From Candidatus Latescibacterota bacterium (GTDB lineage Bacteria; Latescibacterota; UBA2968; GCA-2709665), in contig CAXXXF010000016.1 of NCBI GenBank assembly GCA_963667175.2, positions 64,001-128,000 of the forward strand: 64,000 nt of DNA, in the 5' to 3' direction. Made by a program: the position numbers and the translations under genes. The notes under the pieces were generated by a model, which searched no databases, was not told where the DNA came from, and saw only the letters and a list, made by a program, of their open reading frames with translations. Shown here piece after piece: positions 29,177-39,900 of the stretch (position 1 is the stretch's first letter; each line of letters starts with the position of its first letter).

Positions 29177-32100
29177 ATGGAAACGGTTTTCACAATATTG
29201 TCTGTCGCCGGATACGAGCGCAAGATGCTGATGCGGACGATTCGATTCCGGATCCTGGGCGGTATCGGCGTGCTCATCCCCGTTGGTCTGGGCGTCGGCC
29301 TGGCGGTCGCCGAATCCAGAGGCATCGCATTTGAGTCCGTCAGCGGCATCGGCGCCTATATGCCCTTTTTCGTATACAGTCTGCTGCAGACAGTCGTGAT
29401 CGCGTTTATCGTCGGTGATTTCCGCGCCTCGGATGAGCGCGCCGGAATCTACGAGGTGGTTGCAGCCCGGCCGCTGTCTACGGCCGAACTGGTCATGGGC
29501 AAATACCTGGGGGTCCTGGGTGCGCTGATTACGCTGAGCCTGGTCGTACTGGTGCTCAGCCTGGCGGTCCAGGCGGCCAAGATCAGCGTTACCGGCGCGC
29601 CGTTTGCGATTCGACCCTATCTGACGTACCTGCTGCTGCTGAACCTCCCCGGGCTGGTCTATATGTCCGCTCTGACGTTTTTTCTCGGGGCGATATTTCG
29701 CCGTCAGGCCGCGGTGACCGTGCTGACCATCGCATACGTCCTGATCGTTCTGCTGTTTCTTGGAAGGCGATATGGCGGTATCTACGACTTCGGCGCATTC
29801 TTCGCCCCGGTGTTCTACTCGGATATGCTCGGCCTTGGCGATATCCGGCGGGTGGTCGAGATCCGGGTCTTCTACACGTTTCTTGCCCTGTTTTTCTTCG
29901 GTTTGTCTATCGACCGGTATCCCAGGCTGCCTCAGTCCCGTGCCTGGCGCAGGTTCGGTCGATGTCTGACCGCCGGCGGTTTCGTCGCCGCGACGTGCCT
30001 GTACGCGTATATGGAAAGGCGCGACTCGTCAGACCTCGCCTACCGGATGGCACAGCTGGAAGTTCAGGAAGGAATCGCCGGGCGGCCAACGCCGGCTGTT
30101 ACGCATTACGCGCTCGACCTGGACCTTGCGAATGACCGTACGCCACTGCGGGGCAGGGCGGTTCTCAGCGTTTCGAACCCTCATCCCGTAACGCTCGACA
30201 CCCTCGTTTTCAGTCTCAACCCCGGACTGGAATTGCGGTCGGTGACTGCAGTTGAGGAAAAGGGCGCTGATCTCAGCTGGCAGCGCGAGTATTCTGTCGT
30301 GAGAATCGCCCGTCCGCTTCTGCCCGACAGTCTGGCGACGTTTGAGTTCGTATACGACGGCTCGATCGACCTCAGCGGATTCGATCTGAGGCGCCAACCG
30401 GAAGCAAGACGATTGCAGAAGCGGCGAACGGGGCCGGGAAGGAAGGGGGACCTGACCGCCTGGATCCGCCGGAATTCCGTATTCCTGCCGCCACGCAGCA
30501 GGTGGTACCCCTCGCCGGGCGTGGACTACGGTCATCAGGATGGCCGGCCCCTGTCCTTCGCCACCGCAGTTCTGGATATTGCGCTTCCCGAGGGTCTGGA
30601 AGTCGTGACCCAGGGTGTGCCGATGGGTCGGAAGAAAGAGGGCGGCCGCGAGATTCATTCATGGAAAGTGGAACGCCCCGTACCCGTCCTTTCGCTCAAC
30701 GCGGGCGTGTACCACGTCTTTCAGGCTGAAATCCACAATATCCAATGCGCCATATACGTACATCCGGCCCACGCCAGGCAGGTGACCTTCTTCCACGACG
30801 CCCGGGACGACGCATTGAAAACGCTGGGCGAGATCCTGGATAGCGTTGAACAGGAAACCAGCCTGGCCTATCCGTACCGACGCCTGTCGGTTGTGGAGGT
30901 TCCATTCCAGGTACAGTGGTATTACGACGGATGGGAAGAAGCTGGCGGATTGGCGCAGCCCGGCGTGCTGATGCTTGAAGAGGACGTCCTGATGCGGCTG
31001 AATCTGCAACGTCGTCTGAAGTGGATGCAGCGGCGACAGCGGCGTAACGACGACCCTGCCAGAATCAAGCGGGACCTGCTGGTCAGCACGGTGCTGAACA
31101 CGTTTCTCGCGCGGGAATCGACTCAGAGCGGCATCTACAGGAGTCCGGTTGCGCAACTCTGGTCGTTCAACCGGGGATTCGAAGGCGAACACTATTCCCT
31201 GCTCAAACGCGGCATGCCAGTCTATATGCAGCAGAATCTCGGGACCACGCTGCAACAGAGTTTCTACTCGAGGCGGGGACGGTTTCGAGGCCGGTTCCGG
31301 CGGAACAGGGGCGCGCGCGGCGTTTCCTGGGATACCGTAACGGCCAGGATGCGGCAGCGTTCTTTCGCGGAACTTGACCCGACTGCGGACGCGGAACTCT
31401 ACCGGGCGGTCGTCGACGCCAAGGGCGCCTCCATGTTCGGGATGATGCAGGCCGTGGTGGGAGAAGATGCATTCAGAGACGTGGTCAGCGGATTCGAGGA
31501 GGCGAGCCGGCACGCGGGAGTCGACTTTGCGTCTTTCGAGCGCGCGGCTGTTGGCGATTCGTCGATGCAGGCGGAACGGCCCAGCCTGAATCGACTCGTC
31601 CGGGACTGGCTTCACGGCGCCCAGGTCCCGGGCTACACCCTGACAAGGGCAAAAGCATATAAGGTGGACGACGGATGGGGCATGATGACGTATCAGGTCG
31701 TCGTGCGTATCCGGAACGGCGAGCCGGGGCGCGGATTTGTCCAGATTCGAGCCATGGGGACCGAAGACGAGGCGATAAAGGGCGTTGAGATCGAGGGCGG
31801 ACAGGAAGTTGAGGTGGGGCTGATCCTTTGGGAACGGCCTTCGAGGATAAGCGTCGAGCCGTTCTTTGCTCGCAACCGCCGGGTCCTGATGGCGCCGTTG
31901 CGCATACCCGAGCAGCCGATGGAAGGATCCGCCACGACCTACGTGAGGGAGGTCGCTCCGGACGAGACCGGATTGACCGAGATTATCGTGGACAACGATG
32001 ACGAAGGCTTCGAAATGCCTGTCCGCAGGGTGCGGCGTTATCTCCGTCCGCAGTTGAAAGGCGACAACTGGCAGGAACGCCAGATGCCGTTCTCTTTCGG

Positions 32101-32560
32101 CAGGTATGAAAACAATTACAGGTGGAAGAAACCGGGCGATGGCGCGCAACCGGCCGTCTGGACGGCCCGATTGCCGCACAGCGGGGATTACGACGTCTAC
32201 TATTATTTCCTTCATCCCAGGTTCTCCAGGCGCATGCGTATGGCGTCGGAATTCAGTCTGGCCGTCTGTTACGGCGCCGAGGTGGATACGCTGGCGGTCG
32301 AATCGAACAACCTGAAGGCCGGCTGGAACGTCCTGGGACGATACCGGTTCGAGGGCGGAGAACTGGCCCGGGTCGAGTTGTCCGACCGCGCCAACGGCCG
32401 CCTCTACGCCGACGCGGTGCGCTGGCGATACGTGGATCCCGACCATCCGGAAGAAGTGTACGAAGAGGATCTGCCAACCTGGAATTTCGGTCGCGGCGGC
32501 CGGGGCGGTCGAGGAGGCGGCAGCCGGGGCGGCGGATCGTGGCGTGGGAGAAGCTGGTAA
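29177..32560 (+). CDS. ABC-2-type permease fused to an M1-aminopeptidase-like extracytoplasmic region (no HExxH) and a golvesin/xanthan-lyase-C-terminal-like domain
   Basis: About six N-terminal TM helices (ARPLSTAELVMGKYLG); M1-like THYALDLDL, FSLNPGL, WYP, YPYRRLSVVEVP, AKGASMFGMM; C-terminal IIVDNDD...GWNVLGRYRF...YADAVRW; RGG-rich tail. Confidence 0.75.
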   Translation: METVFTILSVAGYERKMLMRTIRFRILGGIGVLIPVGLGVGLAVAESRGIAFESVSGIGAYMPFFVYSLLQTVVIAFIVGDFRASDERAGIYEVVAARPLSTAELVMGKYLGVLGALITLSLVVLVLSLAVQAAKISVTGAPFAIRPYLTYLLLLNLPGLVYMSALTFFLGAIFRRQAAVTVLTIAYVLIVLLFLGRRYGGIYDFGAFFAPVFYSDMLGLGDIRRVVEIRVFYTFLALFFFGLSIDRYPRLPQSRAWRRFGRCLTAGGFVAATCLYAYMERRDSSDLAYRMAQLEVQEGIAGRPTPAVTHYALDLDLANDRTPLRGRAVLSVSNPHPVTLDTLVFSLNPGLELRSVTAVEEKGADLSWQREYSVVRIARPLLPDSLATFEFVYDGSIDLSGFDLRRQPEARRLQKRRTGPGRKGDLTAWIRRNSVFLPPRSRWYPSPGVDYGHQDGRPLSFATAVLDIALPEGLEVVTQGVPMGRKKEGGREIHSWKVERPVPVLSLNAGVYHVFQAEIHNIQCAIYVHPAHARQVTFFHDARDDALKTLGEILDSVEQETSLAYPYRRLSVVEVPFQVQWYYDGWEEAGGLAQPGVLMLEEDVLMRLNLQRRLKWMQRRQRRNDDPARIKRDLLVSTVLNTFLARESTQSGIYRSPVAQLWSFNRGFEGEHYSLLKRGMPVYMQQNLGTTLQQSFYSRRGRFRGRFRRNRGARGVSWDTVTARMRQRSFAELDPTADAELYRAVVDAKGASMFGMMQAVVGEDAFRDVVSGFEEASRHAGVDFASFERAAVGDSSMQAERPSLNRLVRDWLHGAQVPGYTLTRAKAYKVDDGWGMMTYQVVVRIRNGEPGRGFVQIRAMGTEDEAIKGVEIEGGQEVEVGLILWERPSRISVEPFFARNRRVLMAPLRIPEQPMEGSATTYVREVAPDETGLTEIIVDNDDEGFEMPVRRVRRYLRPQLKGDNWQERQMPFSFGRYENNYRWKKPGDGAQPAVWTARLPHSGDYDVYYYFLHPRFSRRMRMASEFSLAVCYGAEVDTLAVESNNLKAGWNVLGRYRFEGGELARVELSDRANGRLYADAVRWRYVDPDHPEEVYEEDLPTWNFGRGGRGGRGGGSRGGGSWRGRSW

Positions 32561-32594
32561 ACCGTTGGACAATAACCCTTTTGCGAGGTGCAAT

Positions 32595-33677
32595 TTGAAC
32601 AGGCGAATCCTGAGCGACTCCTGCATTGCATTCACGGCTGTTGTCGTTGCAGCCGGCTGCGGCGGGCAAACCGAGCAGCGGTCCGTGGACCTGACCGTCC
32701 CGGTCACCGTCCAGGCCGTTCGCCTGGACACCATGGAGGCGACGGTGGCGGCCACCGGTACGCTCCGGCCCTCCCGGGAGGCCCGCATACAGACCGAGGT
32801 CGACGGTATTCTTCAATATGTCGCGCGGGGCGTCGGAGGACGTCCGAACGATGGAATGCGGGTCACCCGGAACCAGGAGATTGCACGGCTGGTGAACAAG
32901 GAGCTTGTCGTAAACGCACGCCTGGATTCCAGGCAACTCGCGCGCGCCACCGCGAAACGAACGCTGCGCGAGCATGAGGTGCTCGTTGAACGAAAGCTGG
33001 GTACGGAGAGAGACCTGGACGAAGCGCGCCGCGCCCTCGCCGAGGCCGAATCCAATTACGAAGACGCGCTCGTTCAGATCGCCAAGACGACGATCCGGAC
33101 GCCAATCAGCGGTTTTCTGACGGGATTGGCCGACATTACCGAGGGTACGCTGGTGGAGGCCCGAACGACCATCGCTACCGTGATGGATTACAGGCAGGTG
33201 CTCGTCGATCTGAAGATTCCAAACGCCTATATCGCAGCCGTTTCACCCGGCCAGGTCGTGCGAGTGGAAAACTATGCATTGCCCGGAAGGCGGTTTCTGG
33301 GAACGATCCAGGTCGTGGACCCGGCCATCGATCCGACCACGCGCACCTTCCGGGTCGTTGGGACCGTGAAGAATCCGAACCGGACGTTGCGTCCGGGCAT
33401 GTTTGTGAAAGCCGAGATCGTCACGGAGTCTCACGAAGACGCGGTGGTGATTCCTCGCCGCTTTGTCCTGACCCGCCAGAATCGCAAAGTGGTGTTCGTG
33501 GAAGAGGAGGGTAGGGCACAGATGCGCGACGTGGAACTGGGTTTGGAGGGCCCCGAGCAGGTCGAGATTCTGGAAGGGCTTGAAGCGGGCGAGCGCCTCA
33601 TTACCAGCAATTACGAGACGCTGCGACCCCGTACCCGCGTGCGTGTAACCGGCGTGGGCGTGGCGGGGCAGCAGTGA
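32595..33677 (+). CDS. RND efflux periplasmic adaptor (membrane fusion lipoprotein)
   Basis: Probable TTG start after GAGGTG, lipobox VAAGC, IRTPISG, IDPTTRT, LRPGMF, GLEAGERLIT. Confidence 0.92.
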   Translation: MNRRILSDSCIAFTAVVVAAGCGGQTEQRSVDLTVPVTVQAVRLDTMEATVAATGTLRPSREARIQTEVDGILQYVARGVGGRPNDGMRVTRNQEIARLVNKELVVNARLDSRQLARATAKRTLREHEVLVERKLGTERDLDEARRALAEAESNYEDALVQIAKTTIRTPISGFLTGLADITEGTLVEARTTIATVMDYRQVLVDLKIPNAYIAAVSPGQVVRVENYALPGRRFLGTIQVVDPAIDPTTRTFRVVGTVKNPNRTLRPGMFVKAEIVTESHEDAVVIPRRFVLTRQNRKVVFVEEEGRAQMRDVELGLEGPEQVEILEGLEAGERLITSNYETLRPRTRVRVTGVGVAGQQ

Positions 33678-33784
33678 AGGCGAAAACCGTGCGCCCGCCG
33701 CCGGGAGCACCCGTCGCAATTCCCTGGTAACTCTTCGCCGCAGACGCAACATCAACCGAAATCATCTGGTGAGTTGCCGTTTGG

Positions 33785-33835
33785 ACCCCTCTGGGGCCCA
33801 GGGACTGCGTGTGGGCCTTCAGGAGGGTTTTTTTC
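33785..33835 (+). terminator. Terminator-like hairpin inside the transport operon
   Basis: ACCCCTCTG-GGGCCCA...TGGGCCTT-CAGGAGGGT followed by a T-run, between the MFP and the first RND gene. Confidence 0.55.
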
Positions 33836-33908
33836 ATCTTGATCCGTCATTTTTCGGGGACGTCAATTCGAGTATTTGCGAGCGGATCTCATTCAAAGGG
33901 CCGATACA

Positions 33909-36900
33909 ATGGCATTGCCCGAATATTCGACGAAATATCCGGTAACGGTTGCCATGGCAACGCTTGCCGTCGCGCTCCTGGGCTGGATTTCGCTGGAGCG
34001 CCTGGAGGTGGACCTGCTGCCCGACCTGCGTTCTCCCGTGATTACCGTGGACCTGCGATTTCCGGGCAAAACCCCCAGGGAGATGGAGGAACGATATGCG
34101 CGTCGCCTGGAAGGGGATATCGGCACGGTACGCCACGTCAAACGCGTTCATTCCGTGTCCCGTTCCGGGCAGGCCGTGGTCATCGCGGAATTTGAATGGG
34201 ATGCGGACATGGATTTCGCCCTGCTCGACGTGCAGAAGAAAGTGGCGCGGTACGCTTCGGATCCCGAGATCACGAGTCTGGACGTGACACAGGAAGACCC
34301 CCAGGCGTTGCCGGTGATGCGTCTGGCCGTCTCCGGAGCGGACTGGCAGGACCCGGACGAATTGCTGGGCAGCGCAGAAACCGTCATCCGGCCCAAGCTC
34401 GAGGGGTTGTCCGGGGTGGCTTCGGTGGAAATCGAGGGGGGCGCCGAAAAAGAAATCCGGATCACGCTGGATTCCTATCTCCTTCAAGCATTCGGCGTCA
34501 ATTCGGAGACGGTCGTCTCGCGGATACGCGAGGCCAATTCGGATGTCTCCGGGGGAACGTTGAAAGACGGACAACGTACCTATCTGGTAAAAGGCCTGGG
34601 ACGTCTGACCGACTTGACAGACGTGAACAACCTGGTTGTGGGCGAACGCAGGGGCGAATCTTCGAATGGCGAGGAAGACGCCTCGACCCAGCGCGTTCCC
34701 GTCACGGTGAGCGACGTTGGAACCGTGGGTCTGCTGTATAAGGAAAGGGAAACCATCGTTCGCCTCGACGGCAGGGAGTGCGTCGGGCTTTCCGTTTACA
34801 AGGAAGCCGGCGCGAATACCTCGTCGGTGGTCAACGGGGTTCTCCGGGAACTGGGAAGCCTGGAGGCCGATCTGAACGGCATCCGGTTTACGGTGGTGGA
34901 AAACCAGGCCCGCTTCGTCGAACGCGCGGTAAATGAAGTGGAAGAGGCGGCCGTTCTTGGCGCGTTGCTCGCAGTGGGCGTGCTGCTGGCTGCGCTCCGG
35001 CAGTGGACCGCCACGCTGGTGATCGGACTTGCCATTCCGATTTCCGTTCTGGCCACGTTCACGCTGATGTATTTCCAGGGGCTGACGCTGAACGTCATGA
35101 CCCTCGGCGGCCTGGCGCTGGGCGCCGGCATGCTGGTGGACAACGCCATTGTCGTGATCGAGAACATATACCGGCGCCTCGAGAGAGGAGAAACGGCCGC
35201 AGAGGCCTCCGTCAGAGGCGCCAGTGAGGTCGGGGTCGCGATTCTGGCGTCCACGCTGACCACGGTGTCCGTGTTTCTGCCCATTGTCTACCTTCACGGG
35301 TTGGCCGGTGAACTCTTCAAGGAACAGGCCTGGACGGTCGCGTTCTCACTGGTTTCGTCTCTCGCGGTGGCGATGACCGTGGTGCCCATGTTGACCGCCC
35401 GGCTATTCAGGCGGTATCCTCGACGGTCTGCAGGGATCGCGGGAACGCGGTCCTTCAGACGCTTTCTGGACCGGTCGCTGAACCATAAGGGGCGGACGAT
35501 GGCGGTGCTCGCGGCCTGCCTTGTGGCTGCCTTCTATATGGCCCGGTCCATCCATACGTCTTTTATTCCCACGGAAGACGAGGGTGTGCTCCACGTGGAC
35601 CTCGCGCTGCCGGAGGGCACGAGACTGGAGTCGACAGACAGGGTGGCGAGGCGGGTTGCCGCCATTACGCAGGCGGTTTCCGGAGAGGAAGCGCGGCACA
35701 TCTACCTGCGCGTGGGAACCGATCCGAACCGGTTTGGCGCCGTGGGAGAACCCACGGGCCCGAACAGGGCCGAGATGACGGTCGTGCTGGGCCGACAGGC
35801 GAACCGTCGCGGCGTCTCCGAACTCACCACGGTTCTGGATGCAGCCCTCCTGGAAGTTCCGGACATTAAGGTAAATTATCGACTTCAAAAGGCTGCATTG
35901 GAGGGTCTTATACGAGGCGCAACTGCGCCGGTCCAGGTCGAGGTCAGCGGCGAGAACCTGGAACTGCTTCGGGAACTGACCGCAGATCTGAAACGGCGCA
36001 TGGACGCGTTGTCCACGGTATATAACGTGCGAACCAGCTTTCAGGACGGTCAGCCCGAGGTGGACGTGGTGCTGCGGCCGGACGTCACAGCGGCGTTCGG
36101 ACTGACCTCGCAGAACCTCGTGCGAGAGCTCGAACGCAGGCTGGGCGGAGAGGAAGCCGGAGAACTCTCCAAGGACCAGCGGGCCCGAACGATCCGGGTG
36201 GGTTTCGAGGACGTGGACCTTCGGGAGCTGCAGCACGCGAGAATCGACGGTCCCGACGGGGCAATGCTTACGCTGGGAGATCTCGCCGACCTGCGGGTCG
36301 TTCAGGGCCCCAGGGAAATCCTGCGGGACGGGCAGCGCAGGGTCGGGCGGGTATCCGCTTTCCTGACCGACGGTGTGGTCTTGAGCCAGGCGGCAACACA
36401 GATCAGGCAGGCGGTGCGACAGATGGCCATACCGCACGGATACCAGGTGACCATAACCGGTGAGGAACGGGAGCGGGCCGAATCATTCGGCGGCCTGCAG
36501 TTCGCCCTTCTGCTTTCGGTGGTGCTCGTCTATATGGTCATGGCTTCGCTCTTCGAGTCTCTGCTCCATCCGTTTACCGTCATGCTGACGGTGCCGCTGG
36601 CAGGCATCGGCGTGGTGGTCGCATTCTGGAGTCTGGGAGAAGCGTTTGGCGTGATGGCGTTCATCGGCGCGATCATGCTGGGAGGAATCGCCGTTAACGA
36701 CGCCATCATACTGGTGGACCACATCAATCAGTTGCGGCGCGAGTTGGGCGACGTGAGACAGGCCGTACTTCAGGCCGCGCAGGATCGGATGCGCCCGATC
36801 CTGATGACCAGCGCCACGACGATTCTGGCGTTGTTGCCCATGGCCGTGGGCGTCGGCGAAGGCGCCCGACTGCGTGCCCCGATGGCGGTGGCCGTTATCG

Positions 36901-36992
36901 GCGGTCTGGTCACGTCCACGTTGATGACCCTTGTGGTGATTCCCGTCGTCTACGAACTGATCGAAGGGCTCAGAAGGAGGAGGGCGGCGTGA
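33909..36992 (+). CDS. AcrB/AcrD/AcrF-family RND permease
   Basis: LLPDLRSPVITV, GMLVDNAIVVIENI, STLTTVSVFLP, GIAVNDAIILVD, RMRPILMT, MAVAVIGGL; about 1027 aa. Confidence 0.95.
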   Translation: MALPEYSTKYPVTVAMATLAVALLGWISLERLEVDLLPDLRSPVITVDLRFPGKTPREMEERYARRLEGDIGTVRHVKRVHSVSRSGQAVVIAEFEWDADMDFALLDVQKKVARYASDPEITSLDVTQEDPQALPVMRLAVSGADWQDPDELLGSAETVIRPKLEGLSGVASVEIEGGAEKEIRITLDSYLLQAFGVNSETVVSRIREANSDVSGGTLKDGQRTYLVKGLGRLTDLTDVNNLVVGERRGESSNGEEDASTQRVPVTVSDVGTVGLLYKERETIVRLDGRECVGLSVYKEAGANTSSVVNGVLRELGSLEADLNGIRFTVVENQARFVERAVNEVEEAAVLGALLAVGVLLAALRQWTATLVIGLAIPISVLATFTLMYFQGLTLNVMTLGGLALGAGMLVDNAIVVIENIYRRLERGETAAEASVRGASEVGVAILASTLTTVSVFLPIVYLHGLAGELFKEQAWTVAFSLVSSLAVAMTVVPMLTARLFRRYPRRSAGIAGTRSFRRFLDRSLNHKGRTMAVLAACLVAAFYMARSIHTSFIPTEDEGVLHVDLALPEGTRLESTDRVARRVAAITQAVSGEEARHIYLRVGTDPNRFGAVGEPTGPNRAEMTVVLGRQANRRGVSELTTVLDAALLEVPDIKVNYRLQKAALEGLIRGATAPVQVEVSGENLELLRELTADLKRRMDALSTVYNVRTSFQDGQPEVDVVLRPDVTAAFGLTSQNLVRELERRLGGEEAGELSKDQRARTIRVGFEDVDLRELQHARIDGPDGAMLTLGDLADLRVVQGPREILRDGQRRVGRVSAFLTDGVVLSQAATQIRQAVRQMAIPHGYQVTITGEERERAESFGGLQFALLLSVVLVYMVMASLFESLLHPFTVMLTVPLAGIGVVVAFWSLGEAFGVMAFIGAIMLGGIAVNDAIILVDHINQLRRELGDVRQAVLQAAQDRMRPILMTSATTILALLPMAVGVGEGARLRAPMAVAVIGGLVTSTLMTLVVIPVVYELIEGLRRRRAA

Positions 36993-39900
36993 TTCTCCCC
37001 GATCTTGCGGTCCGGCGACCCGTAACGACGTCGATGTTCTTCGCCGCATTCGCCATATTGGGAGTCGTGTCGTGGACGAGGCTTCCGGTACAGCTCTTTC
37101 CGGAGCTGATCTTTCCGGAGGTGTTTGTCACGCTGTCGCTGCAGGGGGCCTCTCCGGAACAGGTGGAACGAGACCTGCTGGTTCCCGCGGAAGGGGAGAT
37201 CGGCAAGCTGGACGGCGTCCAGGAGATGGAGTCGTTCGCGATGGCCAACAGGGGAGGTATTCGCGTATCCTACGCGCCCGACGTGGATATGAAGTTCGCC
37301 CTGCTTCAACTTCAGAGCAACCTGAACAGATTGCAGCCGACGCTGCCCGAGCGTACTCAGTCCGACGTCAGGAGGTTCGATTCGACGGATCTCAGCAGCA
37401 GCATTATGGAGCTTCACGTGCTCGCCGACTGGGACCTGAACCCGTTGCGGGAGTTCACGGAGGAAAAAATCCGGCCCGAGCTGGAGTCTGTCGACGGTGT
37501 CGTCAACGTGACCGTATTGGGCGGACGTCGCAGCGCCGTGGAAATCGTCCTTGATCCGTTCCTGCTGGAGGCGCATGGTCTTTCGACGGGACAGGTTCGG
37601 GCACGCCTGAACAGCTATAACCGGCGGCGTGAGTACCTGGGGCGCGTATACGAAGGGAATCGGGCCTATTCGGTGAGCATTCAGGGTCAGTTTACGGACC
37701 TGCGTCAGATTCGCGATCTCGTCCTGAACGCGGACGGCACGCTCAGGCTGGGCGACGTTTCCCGGGTGGAATTCGGACTCCAGGAACAGGCCGATCGGCA
37801 CAGAGTCAATGGAAGACCGTCGGTGGGCGTCCGGATCCAGAAGGACGACGAAGCCAATCTGATCGAGGTTGCCGCCTCGGTCGAAGGCGCCATCGGCCGT
37901 CTGAATCGGGACTTCGAGAGCGAGGGCGTGGAACTGGGCGTGAGTTCCTCACAGGCGGATCTGATGACCGGAGCGCTTTCCACCCTGAAGCAGGCGGCCA
38001 TTGCCGGCGCCGTGCTCGGACTGATCGTGCTCTTTCTGTTTCTTCGGAACCTTCGTTTCGTCTCGGTCCTCCTGCTGGCCATTCCGATTTCTCTCCTGAT
38101 GACCTTTAATCTGATGTACCTCGGCGGGCTGTCCGTCAACGTGCTGTCTCTGTGCGGTCTCGCCCTGGCGATGGGGATGCTTGCTGACAACGGCATCGTG
38201 GTGATGGAAAACATCTTCAAGCACTACGAACGGGGTAAATCGCCCGCCGACGCGGCAAGGGACGGTGCGGCCGAGGTCGGGCGCGCCGTGGTTGCGGCAA
38301 CCGCAACCACCGTAACCGCATTCCTGCCGATTCTGTTCATCGAGAGCGACGCGCGGGACCTGCTGCGGGAACTCGCGTTGTCCATGGCCTTTCCGCTCCT
38401 TGCGTCACTGCTGGTGGCCCTGACGCTTGTTCCGGCCCTCGCCGTCCGAGCGTTGAGCCGAGGGGTCCGACAGCCTCCGGACGTTCGCGGGTTGCTCGAA
38501 CGGTATACGCTGCTGCTGAAGACCGCTCTGCGTCACCGCGCATCGGTGGTCCTGTCCGCGGGGGTGGCGCTCGCGCTGACACTCGTGGTGGCGTTCTTCT
38601 ACCTGCTGCAACAGCAGGTGCGCAGGGAGGAGACACGTTTTACGGTTTACGTGAACCTTCCGGAAGGGGCCACGCTGGATGCGACGGACGAGGTCGTGAA
38701 ACAGGTGGAAGCGTCCGTACGGGACGTGCCGGGTCTGGACCGGTTTACGACGTCGGTCCGCGAGGCGGAAGCCGACGTGAATGTATTGCTTGACGGACGT
38801 TCTGACCGGCCCGGCGGCATCTCGCTGGATGAAATCAAAGAGCAACTCGACGACAGACTGCAGAATGTGCAGGGAGGTGTCGTCGGATACGAACCCAGGC
38901 CCCGTGCGGGGAGGGGAGGCCGCGGGCAGGGGATAGGACAACGTCGGAGACGCGGTTCAGGTGGATTCGATCTGACCGGGGCCACGCCGAATGAGCAGGT
39001 TGTGGTTCGAGGGTACGACTTTACGATCCTGACGATGATTGCCAATGACCTGACGTACCGCCTCGAAGAACTGGAGGAGGTGGATGCCAACAGCGTACGC
39101 GCCGACGCCGAACGGAGTTCGCCCGAGGTGCAGGTGATACCCGATGCGGCCGCCCTGTTCGACCGGCGGCTTGGCGCGCAGGAAGTGCTCGCCGCCATGG
39201 GTGACACCCGTTGGGACGGGTTTCGCACAACGGTCCCGTTCCTGCTGCCCGATGCAACCGAGGTGCCCATCGAAGTGCGTACGATCGAAGAGGAGGACCG
39301 CGACCGCTACGGACTGGCGGAATTCAGGCGTTCACGCATACTGAACCGGGACGGGCATTACGTGCCTCTGTCCGAAGTGGCGAGGGTCCGGACGGATGAG
39401 GGACGGAGCAGCCTGTTGCGGACCGACCAGACCCGTCGGATTGTGGTTTCCTACCGGTTTCCTTCGGAGATTCTGGATTCTCAGCCGCGGTTGGATCTCG
39501 CGAGACGGGTCGTGCGAACGACGCTGCAGGACATGGTTCTGCCGGAGGGGTATTCGATCGAAATCATCGAGGCTCACGAGGAGATGATCTACTATTGGAT
39601 GATGGCGGTCGCCGCGGTACTCATCTATATGATCCTGGCGTCGCTGTTTGAGTCTTTCGCCTCTCCGATCATCATTCTGTGTACGCTGCCGCCCGCGGCC
39701 ATCGGCTCCTGCTGGGCGCTGATGATGTCGGGCACGGGCCTCAGCCAGCAGGAGGGTCCCATGGCGCTTCTGGGCTTCATCGTCCTGCTGGGCATTGCGG
39801 TGAACAACGGAATCATCCTGATCGACGCGGTCGGCGTGCTCAGGACTCGATTCGGCTTTCGCCGGGAACGCGCGGTGCTGACCGCGGCGCGGTCGCGTGT

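Noticed and set aside
35130-39830. DN instead of DD in TM4, and N instead of K in TM10, as evidence that the RNDs lost proton coupling
   Set aside because: One TM4 Asp and the RPILMT Arg remain, and such variants are common among AcrB-family homologs, so they are not diagnostic.
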